A stretch of DNA of 64,000 bases from Cetorhinus maximus (taxonomy: Eukaryota): contig NC_135904.1 in assembly GCF_964194155.1 (NCBI RefSeq), forward strand, positions 992,001 through 1,056,000, in the 5' to 3' direction. Numbering within the stretch: the stretch's first letter is position 1; every line of letters begins with the position of its first letter. Position numbers and translations under genes: made by a program. This document shows positions 11,301 to 23,641 of this stretch, piece after piece. The notes under the pieces are model-generated. The model had not been told where the DNA came from and searched no databases. It saw only the letters and a list, made by a program, of their open reading frames with translations.

Positions 11301-12489
11301 GTGAGGTAAAGGTGGGTGTTGTCAACCTACAAGTGGAACCCAATGTGTTTTTAGATGTGGTCATGGAGGGGCAGCATGAGAAATACGAGGGAGCCAAGTA
11401 AAGATCCTGGAGGACACCAGAAGTAACCTTGGAAAGCTGACACCATATTTCAAAGATAAACAGGGGCCCGTGCATGGGATTTTGTCTTGTTTTGTTCCAG
11501 CTTGATATGTTAGCACTGGGCTAAACCCAACAATGCCAGAGCAACTACAAATAATTCCCCAGAGAGCCATTACGATCTGGAATGCACTGCTTGAAAAAGA
11601 TGGTGGAAGCATACTCAATTATAAATTTTTAAAAAGATAAGTGTATGAATACTTGAAGAAGAATAATTTGTCAGGCTACAGGGAATGGGAGGGAACTAAT
11701 TGGCTGGTTCTTTCAAAGAGAATGCACAGGCAGGATGGGCCGAATGGCCTCTATCTATGCTGCATGATCATATGAAGAGGACATGCCTAGTGACAATCTT
11801 GGTTACTAACTTCAACCCAAAGGGTCTGACTCCAGCATCAATCGCCATTGGGACAGTGACAAAGATGTAGGGGCAGTCAGTGTAATTTAAAAGCAGAGGG
11901 AGATATGCTGATCCAAAAAAAATGTGGCAACAAGTTGAGATAGCAGCTTGATAATTTTGGAATCAACTGAAAACTCAATGCACGGCTGATCACAGTTAAA
12001 CCCTGTGAAGAGGAAAAGGGAAGTTTCAGCACTGATCTGACACAAAAAAAAATCCCCTCCTGATCTCTGCGACCTCCTCCAGCCCCATGCATCCCATTCT
12101 GCTCCAGTGCTGTACTGGAGAAGGGGGCTCAGAGTGACTGATTGTCGAGGACAACTTCAAGGGACACGGCCATCGGTGTGAACCTGTGGGTCAGGTGGAT
12201 ACCGCAAATACGGGAGAAAGGGCGTCCCAGCGTCCACCAACCCAGGACAACTGGTCCAAATGGTCACCCGGCGGGTGCTACATTGTCGGAGATGCCGTTT
12301 TTCAGATGAGACATGAAACTAAGGCCCCGTCTGGCCCCCTCGGATGAATTTAAGGGGGGGGGGAAGGGAGGGGGGGGGGGGAAGGGAGGGGAATCCTCCG
12401 CCACCATCTTCAAAGAATCTTTTGGGGTGGTGGGATTTTTAAGACGAGAATGTACCTAATTCGACGCATCTCTGCAAAAAAAAAAAAGA

Positions 12490-12720
12490 AGCCCAGCGCT
12501 GTGTGACCGATTGGGCCGCCAGTGTGTTTGCCTATCCTGTCCACCATTTGCCCATCCAATATGGCTGCCGGGCTGGGCCCACGTGACCGCCGCCTGCCGA
12601 GAGGCGCTCGGCGTCAACCGGAAGTCAGGTGCTGACCCCGGAAGTGGTTTCTTCGGGCGGGGGTCGTAACCGTGCGTCAGTGGCGGAGGGTCGGTGGGGG
12701 GCAGGGTTTTCTCGCGCTCT
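12490..12720 (+). promoter_or_regulatory. CLPX CpG-island promoter
   Basis: CCAAT at 12556-12560 overlapping YY1-like CAATATGGCTGC; CACGTGAC E-box at 12580-12587; tandem ETS/GABPA CCGGAAGT at 12618-12625 and 12638-12645. Confidence 0.75.
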
Positions 12721-12976
12721 CTGTCTCTGTGGAAGTTTATTATTATTATTATTGTTGTTTTTGACAGGGGGAAGCCTGTCCCGATAGCGGATCCCGATCT
12801 CTCGGTTATAAATCTCGGACCCGCTTGCCTGGAACTGCGGCTGGAGCCCGAGCTTTTGTTTCTGGCCTGAGCCGATTGGGGCCTCTTCAGGAGGGAGAGG
12901 GAAGCCCCGACCGCCGAGGCCGAGCCTGAGGAGGAGGAGGAGGACGAGGGCCTGTCCTGTCCAGGCCAGGCCAGAA

Positions 12977-13049
12977 ATGTCCTGCGTCGTGGTGATGTGT
13001 ACCTGCTCGTCGGCTGCACGGCTCCTCCGCTCATCCATAACCGGGTTGG
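12977..13049 (+). CDS. CLPX: CLPX exon 1 (mitochondrial targeting peptide, MSCVVVMCTCSSAARLLRSSITGL)
   Basis: Similar to human [20 protein letters not shown]; donor G|GTAAGA; 73 nt, phase 1 fits exon 2. Confidence 0.88.
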
Positions 13050-13194
13050 GTAAGAGCCGGGCTGGGGTGGAACTGAGCGGGGGCTTAAGAGAAAAAAATC
13101 ATAAGTAATCTTCAGTTAAAGGCCAGGCTAATCCGCTCACTTGCCCCGCAGGAACGCTGGTGATTACCTGCTGGCGGACACTGTCGGTATTATT

Positions 13195-13575
13195 TGTGTT
13201 GCAGCCTTGGCTCGGTGAAAGCGCTCTCGCCACTGGGTCAGAAAGTTGTTGATTCAAGCCCGGATCGAGATCGTATGATCTTTGGTTGCAAGCACTGAGT
13301 CACTGTTACACTGTCAGAGATGCTGCTTTTTTGGTTAAACCAGGCCCCTGTCGGCTTTGTCAGGTGGACATAAGTTCCACGCATTTGAGCATCACCAACT
13401 CCTAAAACTGATGATCTGGTCATTTATTTCATTTTTGCCTGTGAGAGCTGCTTGTGTGCAAATTGGCTACCGTGTTTCCTATATTACAACAGTGACTACA
13501 CTTTAAAGGTTCTTCGTTGGCTGTAAAGTGCTTTGGATGTCATGAAAGTACCCCATATAAATATAAGTCTTTTTT
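13195..13575 (+). mobile_element. tRNA-derived Deu-domain SINE, near full length
   Basis: A-box-like TGGCTCGGTG and B-box-like GATTCAAGCC head, Deu-like core, 3' tail GGCTGTAAAGTGCTTTGG. Confidence 0.65.
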
Positions 13576-14109
13576 CAACTCTTTGGACTCCTTCATACTG
13601 TTTTACTGAAGGCTGCTGTTTTTGGGAGAAAAAGGTGAACAATGCAATGATATAAGCATTATTATGTCACGTGTATGATGCAGTGATGACCAGGCACATG
13701 CTATCATGCTGGCAGAGTTTGCTCAAGATTTCCCAGTACTGTTTTGACAACTCTAAAAACATTTCCTGCTCCTTTGTTGTCAACCTGTTTGACTGGCATC
13801 TGGTCCTGGATGAATCTCAATTTCCTTGTGTTAAACAATGGGAAGGCCTTTGTGCTTGTCCACAGCCACAAACGTGATACACTTGCTTCTAATTCCGCCT
13901 TCCCTTGGATGAAAGTGGCTGATTACACCCGTGGCGTTTTATTCACAAAATCTACTACCTGTGGAATGTGCATAGACCACAGGGATCCTACATCAGCATA
14001 TCAACCACATCTCCATGTATATGAATATGTATATTATGTGAATCTATTTCTAATAAAAACTATTTGTGGGTTAACATGAACACTGAAGATAATTAACTTA
14101 AACACTCAT

Positions 14110-14365
14110 GTGGAGACTAGAACTAGGGTCACAGTTTTAAAAATCAGAGGTCTCCCTTTTAGACAGATGAAGAGAATTTTTTTTTCTCTTTGAGGGTCGT
14201 TATTCTGTGGAATTCTGTTCGTCAGAAAGCATTGGAGGCTGGATCATTGAATTCATTCAAGGTTGAGTTGGATACTTTTTTTTATGGATAAGGAGTCAAT
14301 GATTATGGGGGGCAGACATGGAAGTGGAGTTGAGACCACAACCAGATCAGCCATGATCTTAGTGA
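14110..14365 (+). mobile_element. CR1 3' fragment
   Basis: GGAGACTAGAACTAGGGTCACAG...AGATCAGCCATGATCT matches other CR1 3' ends in the window. Confidence 0.75.
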
Positions 14366-14459
14366 ATTTTCAGATAACCCAGTTCCCTCTTGATTGTGGT
14401 GGAGGCAGGTCCGCTCTCAGGCAATGCATTCCAGATCTGAGGCTGTAAAATGCCTAATC

Positions 14460-14840
14460 GGAAGATGAGGTGCTATTCCTGCAGTTTGCATTGGGCTTCA
14501 CTGCAACATTGCAGCAGGCCAAAGACATCAACCTGTTTGTCCTTTTGAAGTTCTACACTATCCTCCTCACAGTTTACAATACTTCCAAGTTTTGTATCGT
14601 CTGCAAATTTTGAAATTATGCCCTGTACACAGAGGTCTAGGTCATTAATATATATCAGGAAGAGCAGGGGTTCTAACACTGACCTCTTGTGAATTCCATT
14701 ATAAACCTTCCAACAGTTCAAAAAACAACTGTTAATCTCTACCCTCTGTTTCCTGTCATTCAGCTAATTTCATATGCCTGAGCTCTAACTATGCTCACAA
14801 GTCTGATGCATGGCATGTTATTCAATGCCTTTTGGAAGTA
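14460..14840 (-). mobile_element. CR1 RT fragment
   Basis: SVLEPLLFLIYINDLD...ISKFADDTKLG. Confidence 0.85.
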
Positions 14841-17349
14841 AATAAATAAATAATCCAGCATTTATTTCATTTTCAAAGTTTATAACAACAAAATTAAAAG
14901 CCTTGACAAGTACAGTCTGAAAGCACTGATTGGTGGACAATATGTGCCAGCCTTTGTCAACATTTATCAACTCGGTCATTTCAACACTGAAAATGGGGCA
15001 TCATTTAGCTGTATGCTGTCAAATTCTTCAATTCCCACCGCCACTTGTCTTGCAAATTGAGAGGGTGGTTTATCACCAAAGGTGATCACTTTTGATAATA
15101 TCCATCTGCTAATTGAAAATGAGAAATGGAGAGGGATGTATGTGAGGGTAACATTCATCCAAACGAGAGATGGGCACCTTTATAGCAGACGCCTTCAGAA
15201 AATTTTTCTTCATGCTTCAACATGTGGAGTAAACTTTCAGATAAACAACATTGGAACCATGTACAAAACAATTGGATGCTCCAATAGAAGTGGGAAGAGG
15301 GATTAGAATCTCTGGTTCGATGACACCGTGAGCAGAATAACCTTCCTCATCCATAATTACCTTGTGGTTATTATGATCGCTGGTAATTAAGTGCCAGGTA
15401 AGACCATCTTGAAAAAGAAAGTTATGCTACTACCCTTGAACCTTTTAATGATACCACTATCGGTGAATTACCTGCTGTCAACATCCTGGGGTCAACATTG
15501 ACCGGGAGTCAAACTGGAATATTTATATCAGTATTCTGGAAGGACAGAGGCTGAGTGCCACATTACTCACTTCCAGACCTTTCAAAGCCTCTCCAACGTC
15601 TCCAAGCTCAAAGCAAGAAGAGTATTCAAGTCGGCTCAGGAATACTCACCTAATGCCAGGATAAGAGCAGCCGCAACATCACATGAGAAGCTTGATACTG
15701 TCCCATATGTGATAGTTGATGATTGTGTCCATACCACTGGACTCACACCAGCACACTCTGCCTGCAGTATTTATATGTACCAGCTGCAGGAAGCACTTCA
15801 GCAACTCACCAAGGTTACTTCAACAATATTTCCCCTGCCATATGACCTCTAACACCAAGAAGAACAAGAACAGCAATGTTGTGGGAACACTATCGCCTCC
15901 AAGTTATACACCATTCTGACTTGGACATATTATCTTTCCTTCACTTGTTGCTTGTTCAACAAATATCCTGGGAGTTTGCCATCTGGTCTGTTGTGGAATG
16001 CCACCACCCTCAGAACTGCAGTAGTTCAAGGAGAAGGCCTATCCTCAGCTCTGAGGGCAAGAGAGTGGACATTCATTCATATGGCACCTTTCATGAGCTT
16101 GGGATGTCCCAAAGCAATTTAAAGATAACAAAATACTTATGAAGTATAATCATCACTCTTGCACTGTAGAGAAACATGGGATGCAATTTTTTTAACTCCT
16201 CCATGGGGTGTGGGTGTCACTGGCTAGGCCAACAGTTTTTTGATTGCTCAACCCTAATTGCCCTTGAAAGTGGTGGTGAGCCAACTTGAACTGCTGCAGT
16301 CCATCCACAGTGCTGTTAAGAAGGGAGTTCCAGGATTTTGACCCAGTGACAGTGAAGGAATTTTGAGCACAGCAAGCATCCACATTTCCTTCCAGGTTAG
16401 CATGAGATTAGCTAATGCCAGGAAAAGGAAGCCGAACCCATATTTTTTTTGTTCCTGCCTAATAGGTGGTGTACAGAGAGAACTTTTTTCTGCTGATTTG
16501 CATGTTTAAGAAAAGCTTGTTGAAAATGAGTAATGAGGTTGTAATCAGGTAGTCAAGACTGCTGGATACAATAAAAAGATCTTGGATTGGTTTGTAAAAT
16601 GAGTTTGAAGATTAGTTTATAGTTTGAACAGACCAGTATATTTTTAAGCTTGGACTGATTCTGAAGCTGTTGCCAGTAGTTCTGGCATCTCATTGCTGTG
16701 CTGTTTACAAGAACTCTTTGCCCTGAAGTGACTACTGCTGTGTAGTGCTGCATTATTAGGGACACCTTTGAGAGCACGAGCAGGCAGCCAAGGACCTATT
16801 TGCTCATACAGCTCTTAAATAGAGAAAGTAGAGCTCTATGCACATGTACTTCTCTTCAGATAACACTTTCCTTTGGAACAAGTTCTCAAAAACTTCATAT
16901 CACCTTTTGTACCAAGTGATCATACTCAGGATAAGGCTACCTACGGGGGGAATGTGGGAGAGTGACACTAGGTGAATTGCTTCTTTGGAGAGCCAGTGCT
17001 GACACAATAGGCCGAATGGTGGCCTCCTGTACTGCAGCTATTCTGTAATGCTATTCATGGTAAAGTTACTACCAAACTTCCTGTTGCTCAGTAATTGGCA
17101 TTGTCCATGCATTTGATAACAGTGGGATGTAGAAGATCAAACTGCATTGACACTGAACGTAGAATATAATTTTTGCAGTAATTAATGTAATGTTATTTGA
17201 GGAATTGGCTGCCCAATTTTCCATTTTAAAAAGTCAGTGCCTAACAATGATCTATAGTGGAAAAGAATTGTGAATAAGAAACAACCTCTGAAATATGAAG
17301 TTTTGCAGAATCATTGTTAAGAGTGATTCGAAAGAATTTTTTTTTAAAA

Positions 17350-18000
17350 TCAAGGGGTGTGGACGTTACTGGCTAGGCCAGCATTTTTATTTCCCTTCCC
17401 TCATTGCCTTTGAAGGGTGTGGTGAGTCACCTTCTTGAACTGCTGTAGTCTATCTGGTGTAGGTACACACACAGTGCTGTTAGAGAGGGAGTTCCAAGAT
17501 TTTGACCCAGCGACAGTGAAAGAATGGCAATATATTTCCAAGTCAGGATGGTGTGTGGCTTGGAGGGGATCTTGTGGATGGTGGTGTTCCCATGTGCCTG
17601 CTGCCCTTGTCCTTCTAGGTGGTAGAGGTCGCAGATTTGGAAGGTGCTGTCGAAAGAGATGTGGTGAGTTGCTACAGTGCACCCTGTGGATGGTACACAC
17701 TGCTGCCTCTGTGTGCCAGTTTTGGAGGGATTGAATGTTTAAGGTGGTGGTGGTGGTGGTGGGGTGCCAATGAAGCTAGCTAATTTATCCTGGATGATGT
17801 CAAACTTTTGAGTGTTGTTGGAGCAGCTGCCCTCATCCAAGCAAGTGGAGAGTGTTCCATCACACTCCTGGCTTGAGCCTTGTAGATGGCGAACAAGCTT
17901 TGGGCAGCCAGGAGATGAGTTACTTGCTGCAGAATTCCTAGCCCCTGACCTGCTCCTGTAGCCACAGTATTTATATGGCTGGTCCAGTTCAGTTTCAGGT
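17350..18000 (-). mobile_element. LINE 3' portion (family of 8155-9405)
   Basis: IYKAQARSVMEHSPLAW and SFTVAGSKSWNSL remnants; shared 3' terminal block. Confidence 0.85.
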
Positions 18001-18024
18001 CAAAAATCTATGTTTCTATTTCAG

Positions 18025-18185
18025 GGTTTGCATCTGCACGATTCCATTTCCCACTCCTGGGACACTCGGCGAGTTTTGAAACACAGGGAGGAAGAAAAGT
18101 TACTTGTAGGACATTTTGTGAGACTGTTACTCTACTTGCATCGAAAGATGGGGGTACTAAAGACATTTCTGGAGATAATAACAAG
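18025..18185 (+). CDS. CLPX: CLPX exon 2
   Basis: TTTCAG|...AAG|GTAAT; GFASARFHFPLLGHSASFETQ...LASKDGGTKDISGDNNK aligns to human CLPX. Confidence 0.92.
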
Positions 18186-18432
18186 GTAATCTTGACTTTC
18201 TTATGAAATTCTATATTTCTCTTCTGATATGTCTCTACTGAACAGAATATGTTCTAGAATTTTATGTCTTGGCTTTTCCTGTTTAATTGCCATTTGAAGT
18301 TACTTTGTACCATCAAATTTATAAACTTATGGAACTTGTGCATCTGCAGTAAACTTGGACTGAACTCTCCAGATGGAGTGATACATGTTTAACATAGAGT
18401 TTGTAATTGCTGGCTTACTAAAATGTTTGCAG

Positions 18433-18553
18433 AAGTCTGTCAGCGAAGGGGGCAACAAGCAATCATCAGGATCAGGTGGTTCAGGAAAAGGTGGAAACCA
18501 GCTACGGTGCCCAAAGTGTGGTGACCCATGCACTCATGTGGAGACCTTTGTTT
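18433..18553 (+). CDS. CLPX: CLPX exon 3 (first half of C4 zinc finger, CPKC)
   Basis: KSVSEGG...[23 protein letters not shown]; AG|...|GTAAGT. Confidence 0.96.
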
Positions 18554-20719
18554 GTAAGTAATATATAGACTAACTTTGTCTAACTGATCATCTTGTCTGC
18601 AGGACATTAACAAGGTTTATCACTGAAAGACAGCTTGGTGTTCATTCTAATTGGAAACTCTACATTACCTCTTCTGTTTATAGTTTTTGTTATAGTAACA
18701 TAAGTCTTTCCTCTTTTTTCCCCCACCCATAACTCTCTTAATCCCCTTTCCACAAAGCTATTGACTGTCCAACCTTCCTAACTGCCCTCCATGCTATCTG
18801 GCATTGTAATGATTTCCTCTTCTTGCGCATTGTTCTCTTCCCTTGCAAGAATATGCCTCCACCATCAACCTTTCTGCCATTTGCAGTCTATATCTCTGTC
18901 TCCAACCTCCCTTTCTGCTCTAAAATCTACAACAACTCACTTCCTACATTCTTGCCCATCTCTCCCACAATTCTTTGTTTGAATTTCTCTAATCAGGCCT
19001 TTGTCCCTCCCACAGCACAGAAAAAAATTTAAGGAAAGTCATGAAGGGCATTCACTGTTTCTGTGACTGTGACCTCTTTCTCTTTAACTTCTGTGCAACA
19101 TTTGACACATGCAACCATGCCAACTTCTTCCAGTGCATCTGCTGTCCAGCTCAGCTCAGTAGTTCACTTTTAGTGAACCAAGCATAAGCAGAGCATCTGT
19201 AGCAATGGCTTCTCTTCCCACACAGACACCTCAGGAGCCTCGCAAAGTTCCAAGCTTGGCTCACTCTTCTTGTGAATCTACATGCTGTCCACAAGTTGTT
19301 TGTGAAATACTTGGATTTTACAACACATCTTAGAACTATGACAACATGCATTATTTATATACCATACCAATTATTGTGTTGAATACTAGTGGTAGTGCTT
19401 GGTGGTAAGATCAGACCCAATTAATAATGTATCCCATGTTTTGTGGATCTGATTTTACATAATAGAATTAGAATAATCATTTACTAAACTCAGATTAAAT
19501 TAGAACTGAACGTTAAAAATGCTGTCATTATGGTAACATTTGAAAGCCATTGAATATAAAATTAATTGGACTTGATTATCAATGGGTGGTTCCAACACTA
19601 TTGTGTTTAATAAAAATGGTAATGTTAACAGTGCGAGGTTAGGTTTATTATTTTTAAATGATTGGTCTGGTCACAGCATGGCCCCTTCAAGGCGTAGTTA
19701 GTTCCTAACCGAATGAATTTGCAATAAAGGAGAAGTCTTATAGGTCAGTAGCTATTTTCATTAGCAACAGGATTATGCATTCTGTGCAAAGTAACAAGGT
19801 CACACTTTTTTTTGTTGTATTAAGTAGTGACAGCAAGGTTGGCAGTATAATTTCTGTCCCTAGTCTAAATTGTAATTGTAAAGGTCATTGATCTTTCCTA
19901 TGGTGCTGTATGTTATCTTGATTCATTTTATAAACCTATGAGATATGTATGAAATTTATCTGAAATAACGATAGTCACAAAAGCTTTTGTATAAAAAAAA
20001 TTGGTGTTAAGAAGTTTTTTTGCTTGCTGATGTAGCACATTAAAGGTGCAAGAATCCTGGTTTTATAGTCGTTTGCCACCCTCACCACCAATGATTGCCA
20101 CTGCTGTGGGAAGGTGCAAAGTGGATCTTGTAGTCCCAATCCATCGGAGGGTGATGAAATCTGGTAGAAATTTACACACATTCCACCAGTGAGTTGTCAG
20201 CCCAAAGCTTTATTAGCAGATGTCTAGGAGTCTTTCCTTAGGAGAAAATGGTGCTGGGTGAAGGGATTTTTAAGCTATTGAAACATCAGTCTAGGCCTGT
20301 TAGGAATTAAAGCTGAAATACCTTTTACAGGAAAAAAATTGGCTGTATTCTATGAAAATCAGTTATGGATATAGTGGAGATGCTAATTATAGAGAATTGA
20401 CCAGTAGGTTAGGAACTCTGTCTGACGAGGTGGGTGTTTGCTTAATGTTTGGAGGGTGCCTTCATCCTGTATTTGAAGTTATAGATATGCAAGTTGGAAG
20501 TAACTTTTCCCACTCATTTGACAATGCTGCTGTGTAGCCATTTTTAATTCTGAGAGTCCAGTTGTGATTTTTGTTTCTCTCCTGTTAGATTGAGAAGTAA
20601 GTTTGCCAAATTAAGAATGACAGACATTTATTCTATTTGGGAACACAGAGTCTAGTAACTTCTTGGTGAAAGAGGAACTAAAACATTGAAGCTGGTTAAG
20701 AATCTGGATGGATGTTGCA

Positions 20720-21785
20720 CTGCTAACTAATAGAAGACAGAAAATTGGGATAAGTGGGGCATTTTCGGGATGGCAACCTGTAACCCGTGGAGTGCCACAG
20801 GGATCAGTGCTGGGGCCACAATTATTGACAATATATATTAAAGACTTAGATGAGGGAAGTGAATGTACTATCGCCAAGTTTGCGGCTGACACAAAAATAG
20901 GTGGGAAGGCAAGTAGTGAGGATGTCACAAGGAGCCTATGGAGGGATATAGACAGGTTAAGTGGGCAAAAACTTGGCAGATGGAATATAATGTGGGGAAA
21001 TGTGAGGTTATGCACTTTGGCAGGAAGAATAGAGGAGCAGAATATTATTTAAATGGAAAGACTGCAGAAGGCTGCAGCACAGAGGGATTTGGGAGCCCTT
21101 GTGCATGAATCTCATAAAGCTAACATACAAGTTCAACAGGCAATAGGGAAGGCAAATGGAATGCTGGCCTTTTATTTCAAAGGGAATGGAGTATAAAAAT
21201 AGGGAAGTCTTGCTAAAATTATACAAGGCACTAGTTAGACCACACCTAGAATACTGTGAACAGTTTTGGTCCCCTTACTGGCATTGGAGGTAGTCCAGAG
21301 AAGGTTCACAAGGTTGATCCCGAGTATGGAGGGATTTTCTTATGAGGCTAGGTTGAGTTGGTTGGGCCTGTACTCATTGGAATTTAAAAGAATGAGAGGC
21401 GACCTTATTGAAACATATAAGATTCTTAGGGGGCTTGACAGGGTAGATGCTGAGAGGTTGTTTCCCCTTGTGGGTGAGTCCAGGACCAGAGGGCCTAATC
21501 TTAGAGTAAGGGTTTGCCCATTTAAAACAGAGATGAGGAGGAATTTCTTCTCTGAGGATAGTCAATCTGTGGAATTCTTTACCGCAGAGGGCTGTAGAGG
21601 CTGGGTCGTTAAGCATATTCAAGGCTGAGATAGACAGATTTTTAATCAGTAAGGGAATCAAGGGTTAATGGGAAAAGGCAGAAAAGCGGAGTTGAGGATT
21701 ATCAGATCGGCCATGATCTCATTGAATGGCAGAGCAGACTTGATGGGCCGAATGGACAACTTCTGCTCCTATGTCTTATGGTCTT
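20720..21785 (+). mobile_element. CR1 LINE, 5'-truncated
   Basis: GVPQGSVLGPQLLTIYIKDLD, VQRRFTRLIP, RMRGDLIETYKILRGLDRVD; TCTTATGG-type tail. Confidence 0.92.
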
Positions 21786-21816
21786 ATTATCAATATTCAA
21801 CAAATTTTTAACGTGA

Positions 21817-22062
<246 letters not shown>

Positions 22063-23481
22063 TAATATATAAATTGTATATAGTACAATTATTCTGTAGT
22101 AACCAAGGTACGCCAAACTGAAATGATACTGATACTCAGACATAACTTGAGTGACAATGTTACAGCTGTTCATTTAGATTGAAGAGATGTTGGTCTTTCC
22201 TCATTGCAGCGCTCCCGGAGTACTGTTCAGAAGTGTCGACATAGATTATGGGCTGTAGTGGGACTTAAGGCATGTTTTTCTGACTTGGAGAACTAAAGCT
22301 AACTGAAGGTTGACCTGAGTCATGCAGTTCTCTTAGCAGTAAATATAGACATTTAAACCAGTTGGCCTCTTGACTTCTGTTGCCAAGGGGGATCCACTAG
22401 TGAGTAAGTAAACATTTGCACATTTATTAAATGTCTTGCATCAAAGTTACCCACTTTTACAGTTGGCAAACAATTTTATTTTTAATAAGTGAGAGAATAC
22501 TGATACATCAGTTCTTTCATCTCAATATTTTATAATTAACTGGATTTGCCTATTTACAGAGTTGGCCTTAAATGCAACGGCCAACTTAGCAACTAAACGT
22601 TGCAACCACAATCCAGACCTAAGACTTCCCAAGAACAACAGTATGCAGGTCCAATTGGATGATAACGGTTTCTTGAGAAAAGTACTGGAGAGTGCAGAGA
22701 TCTCCATCAACAAAGTGTTTTCAGGAGAGGAGTAGAAAAATTGAGAAAATTGCTAACAAAAGATTGCTAAAATGGTCCACTTTTTGCTTGGCAATTTAAA
22801 CAAAACAAAGGAGAAAGCAGCTTCATGGAGATTTGCCATGTAGTGTTCCTGGATGGAAACTACATATCTGGTCCACCTCCAACTGACTCATTTATCTGGA
22901 GAAGGTACTGTTTCCATCAGAAATATTTTGTGTGGCCACATGGCCTTTATATTGCAGCCTCAACCACACTAACCACATTACATTGACCTTGGACAAGACC
23001 ACCATAATTATTCTCTCATGAGTATCCTCTAAGCAAGAACAGACTGGAACTGCTCCCCAGCTTCTGCCATTATTTCATGACGTGGGTTAAGTCTGGAAAT
23101 GAGGCTCGTTAGTTATATAATCATAGTGGAAAGTGATGGTACTAGTTATATTCTTTGAGATGATTTATTAGAAAAACCATTGGATTAAATGTCACTCCTT
23201 TGGCATATTTGTACCAATATACTTGATGGTATCTTTGTTACACCATAATATTCAACTTGTGCATGTATATGCCATGGATTATTACCAATTCATTAATCCG
23301 CTTATTTTTGAACTAGATTATGTGACTTCTTATCACATCCACCCTTATGTGACTCACTAGTCGTGTTTATTTTTTTTCAATTGCATATTATTGCCTTGTA
23401 TGCTTGCATCTCATTATATGCTAATGCTCAAAAGTCTCATTGAACTATTCTTGACATAGCCTGATTTTAATTTTGTTTCAG

Positions 23482-23641
23482 ATATACAGTTATCTCGACA
23501 AATATGTAGTTGGTCAGTCCTATGCCAAGAAGGTGCTTTCAGTTGCTGTGTACAACCACTATAAGCGCATTTACAACAATATTCCAACTAGTCTGAGACA
23601 GCAAACAGAAGTAGAAAAACAGGCCTCTCTGACACCTCGGG
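23482..23641 (+). CDS. CLPX: CLPX exon 5
   Basis: [33 protein letters not shown]...SLTPR. Confidence 0.97.

Noticed and set aside
12456-13038. 192-aa and 137-aa minus-strand ORFs over the CLPX promoter
   Set aside because: CpG-island open frames with low-complexity translation and no recognisable domain
22560-23060. Possibly coding-like or ancient TE sequence in CLPX intron 4 (similar impression at 14960-15330 and 49040-49600)
   Set aside because: No motif I can assign; needs a profile search
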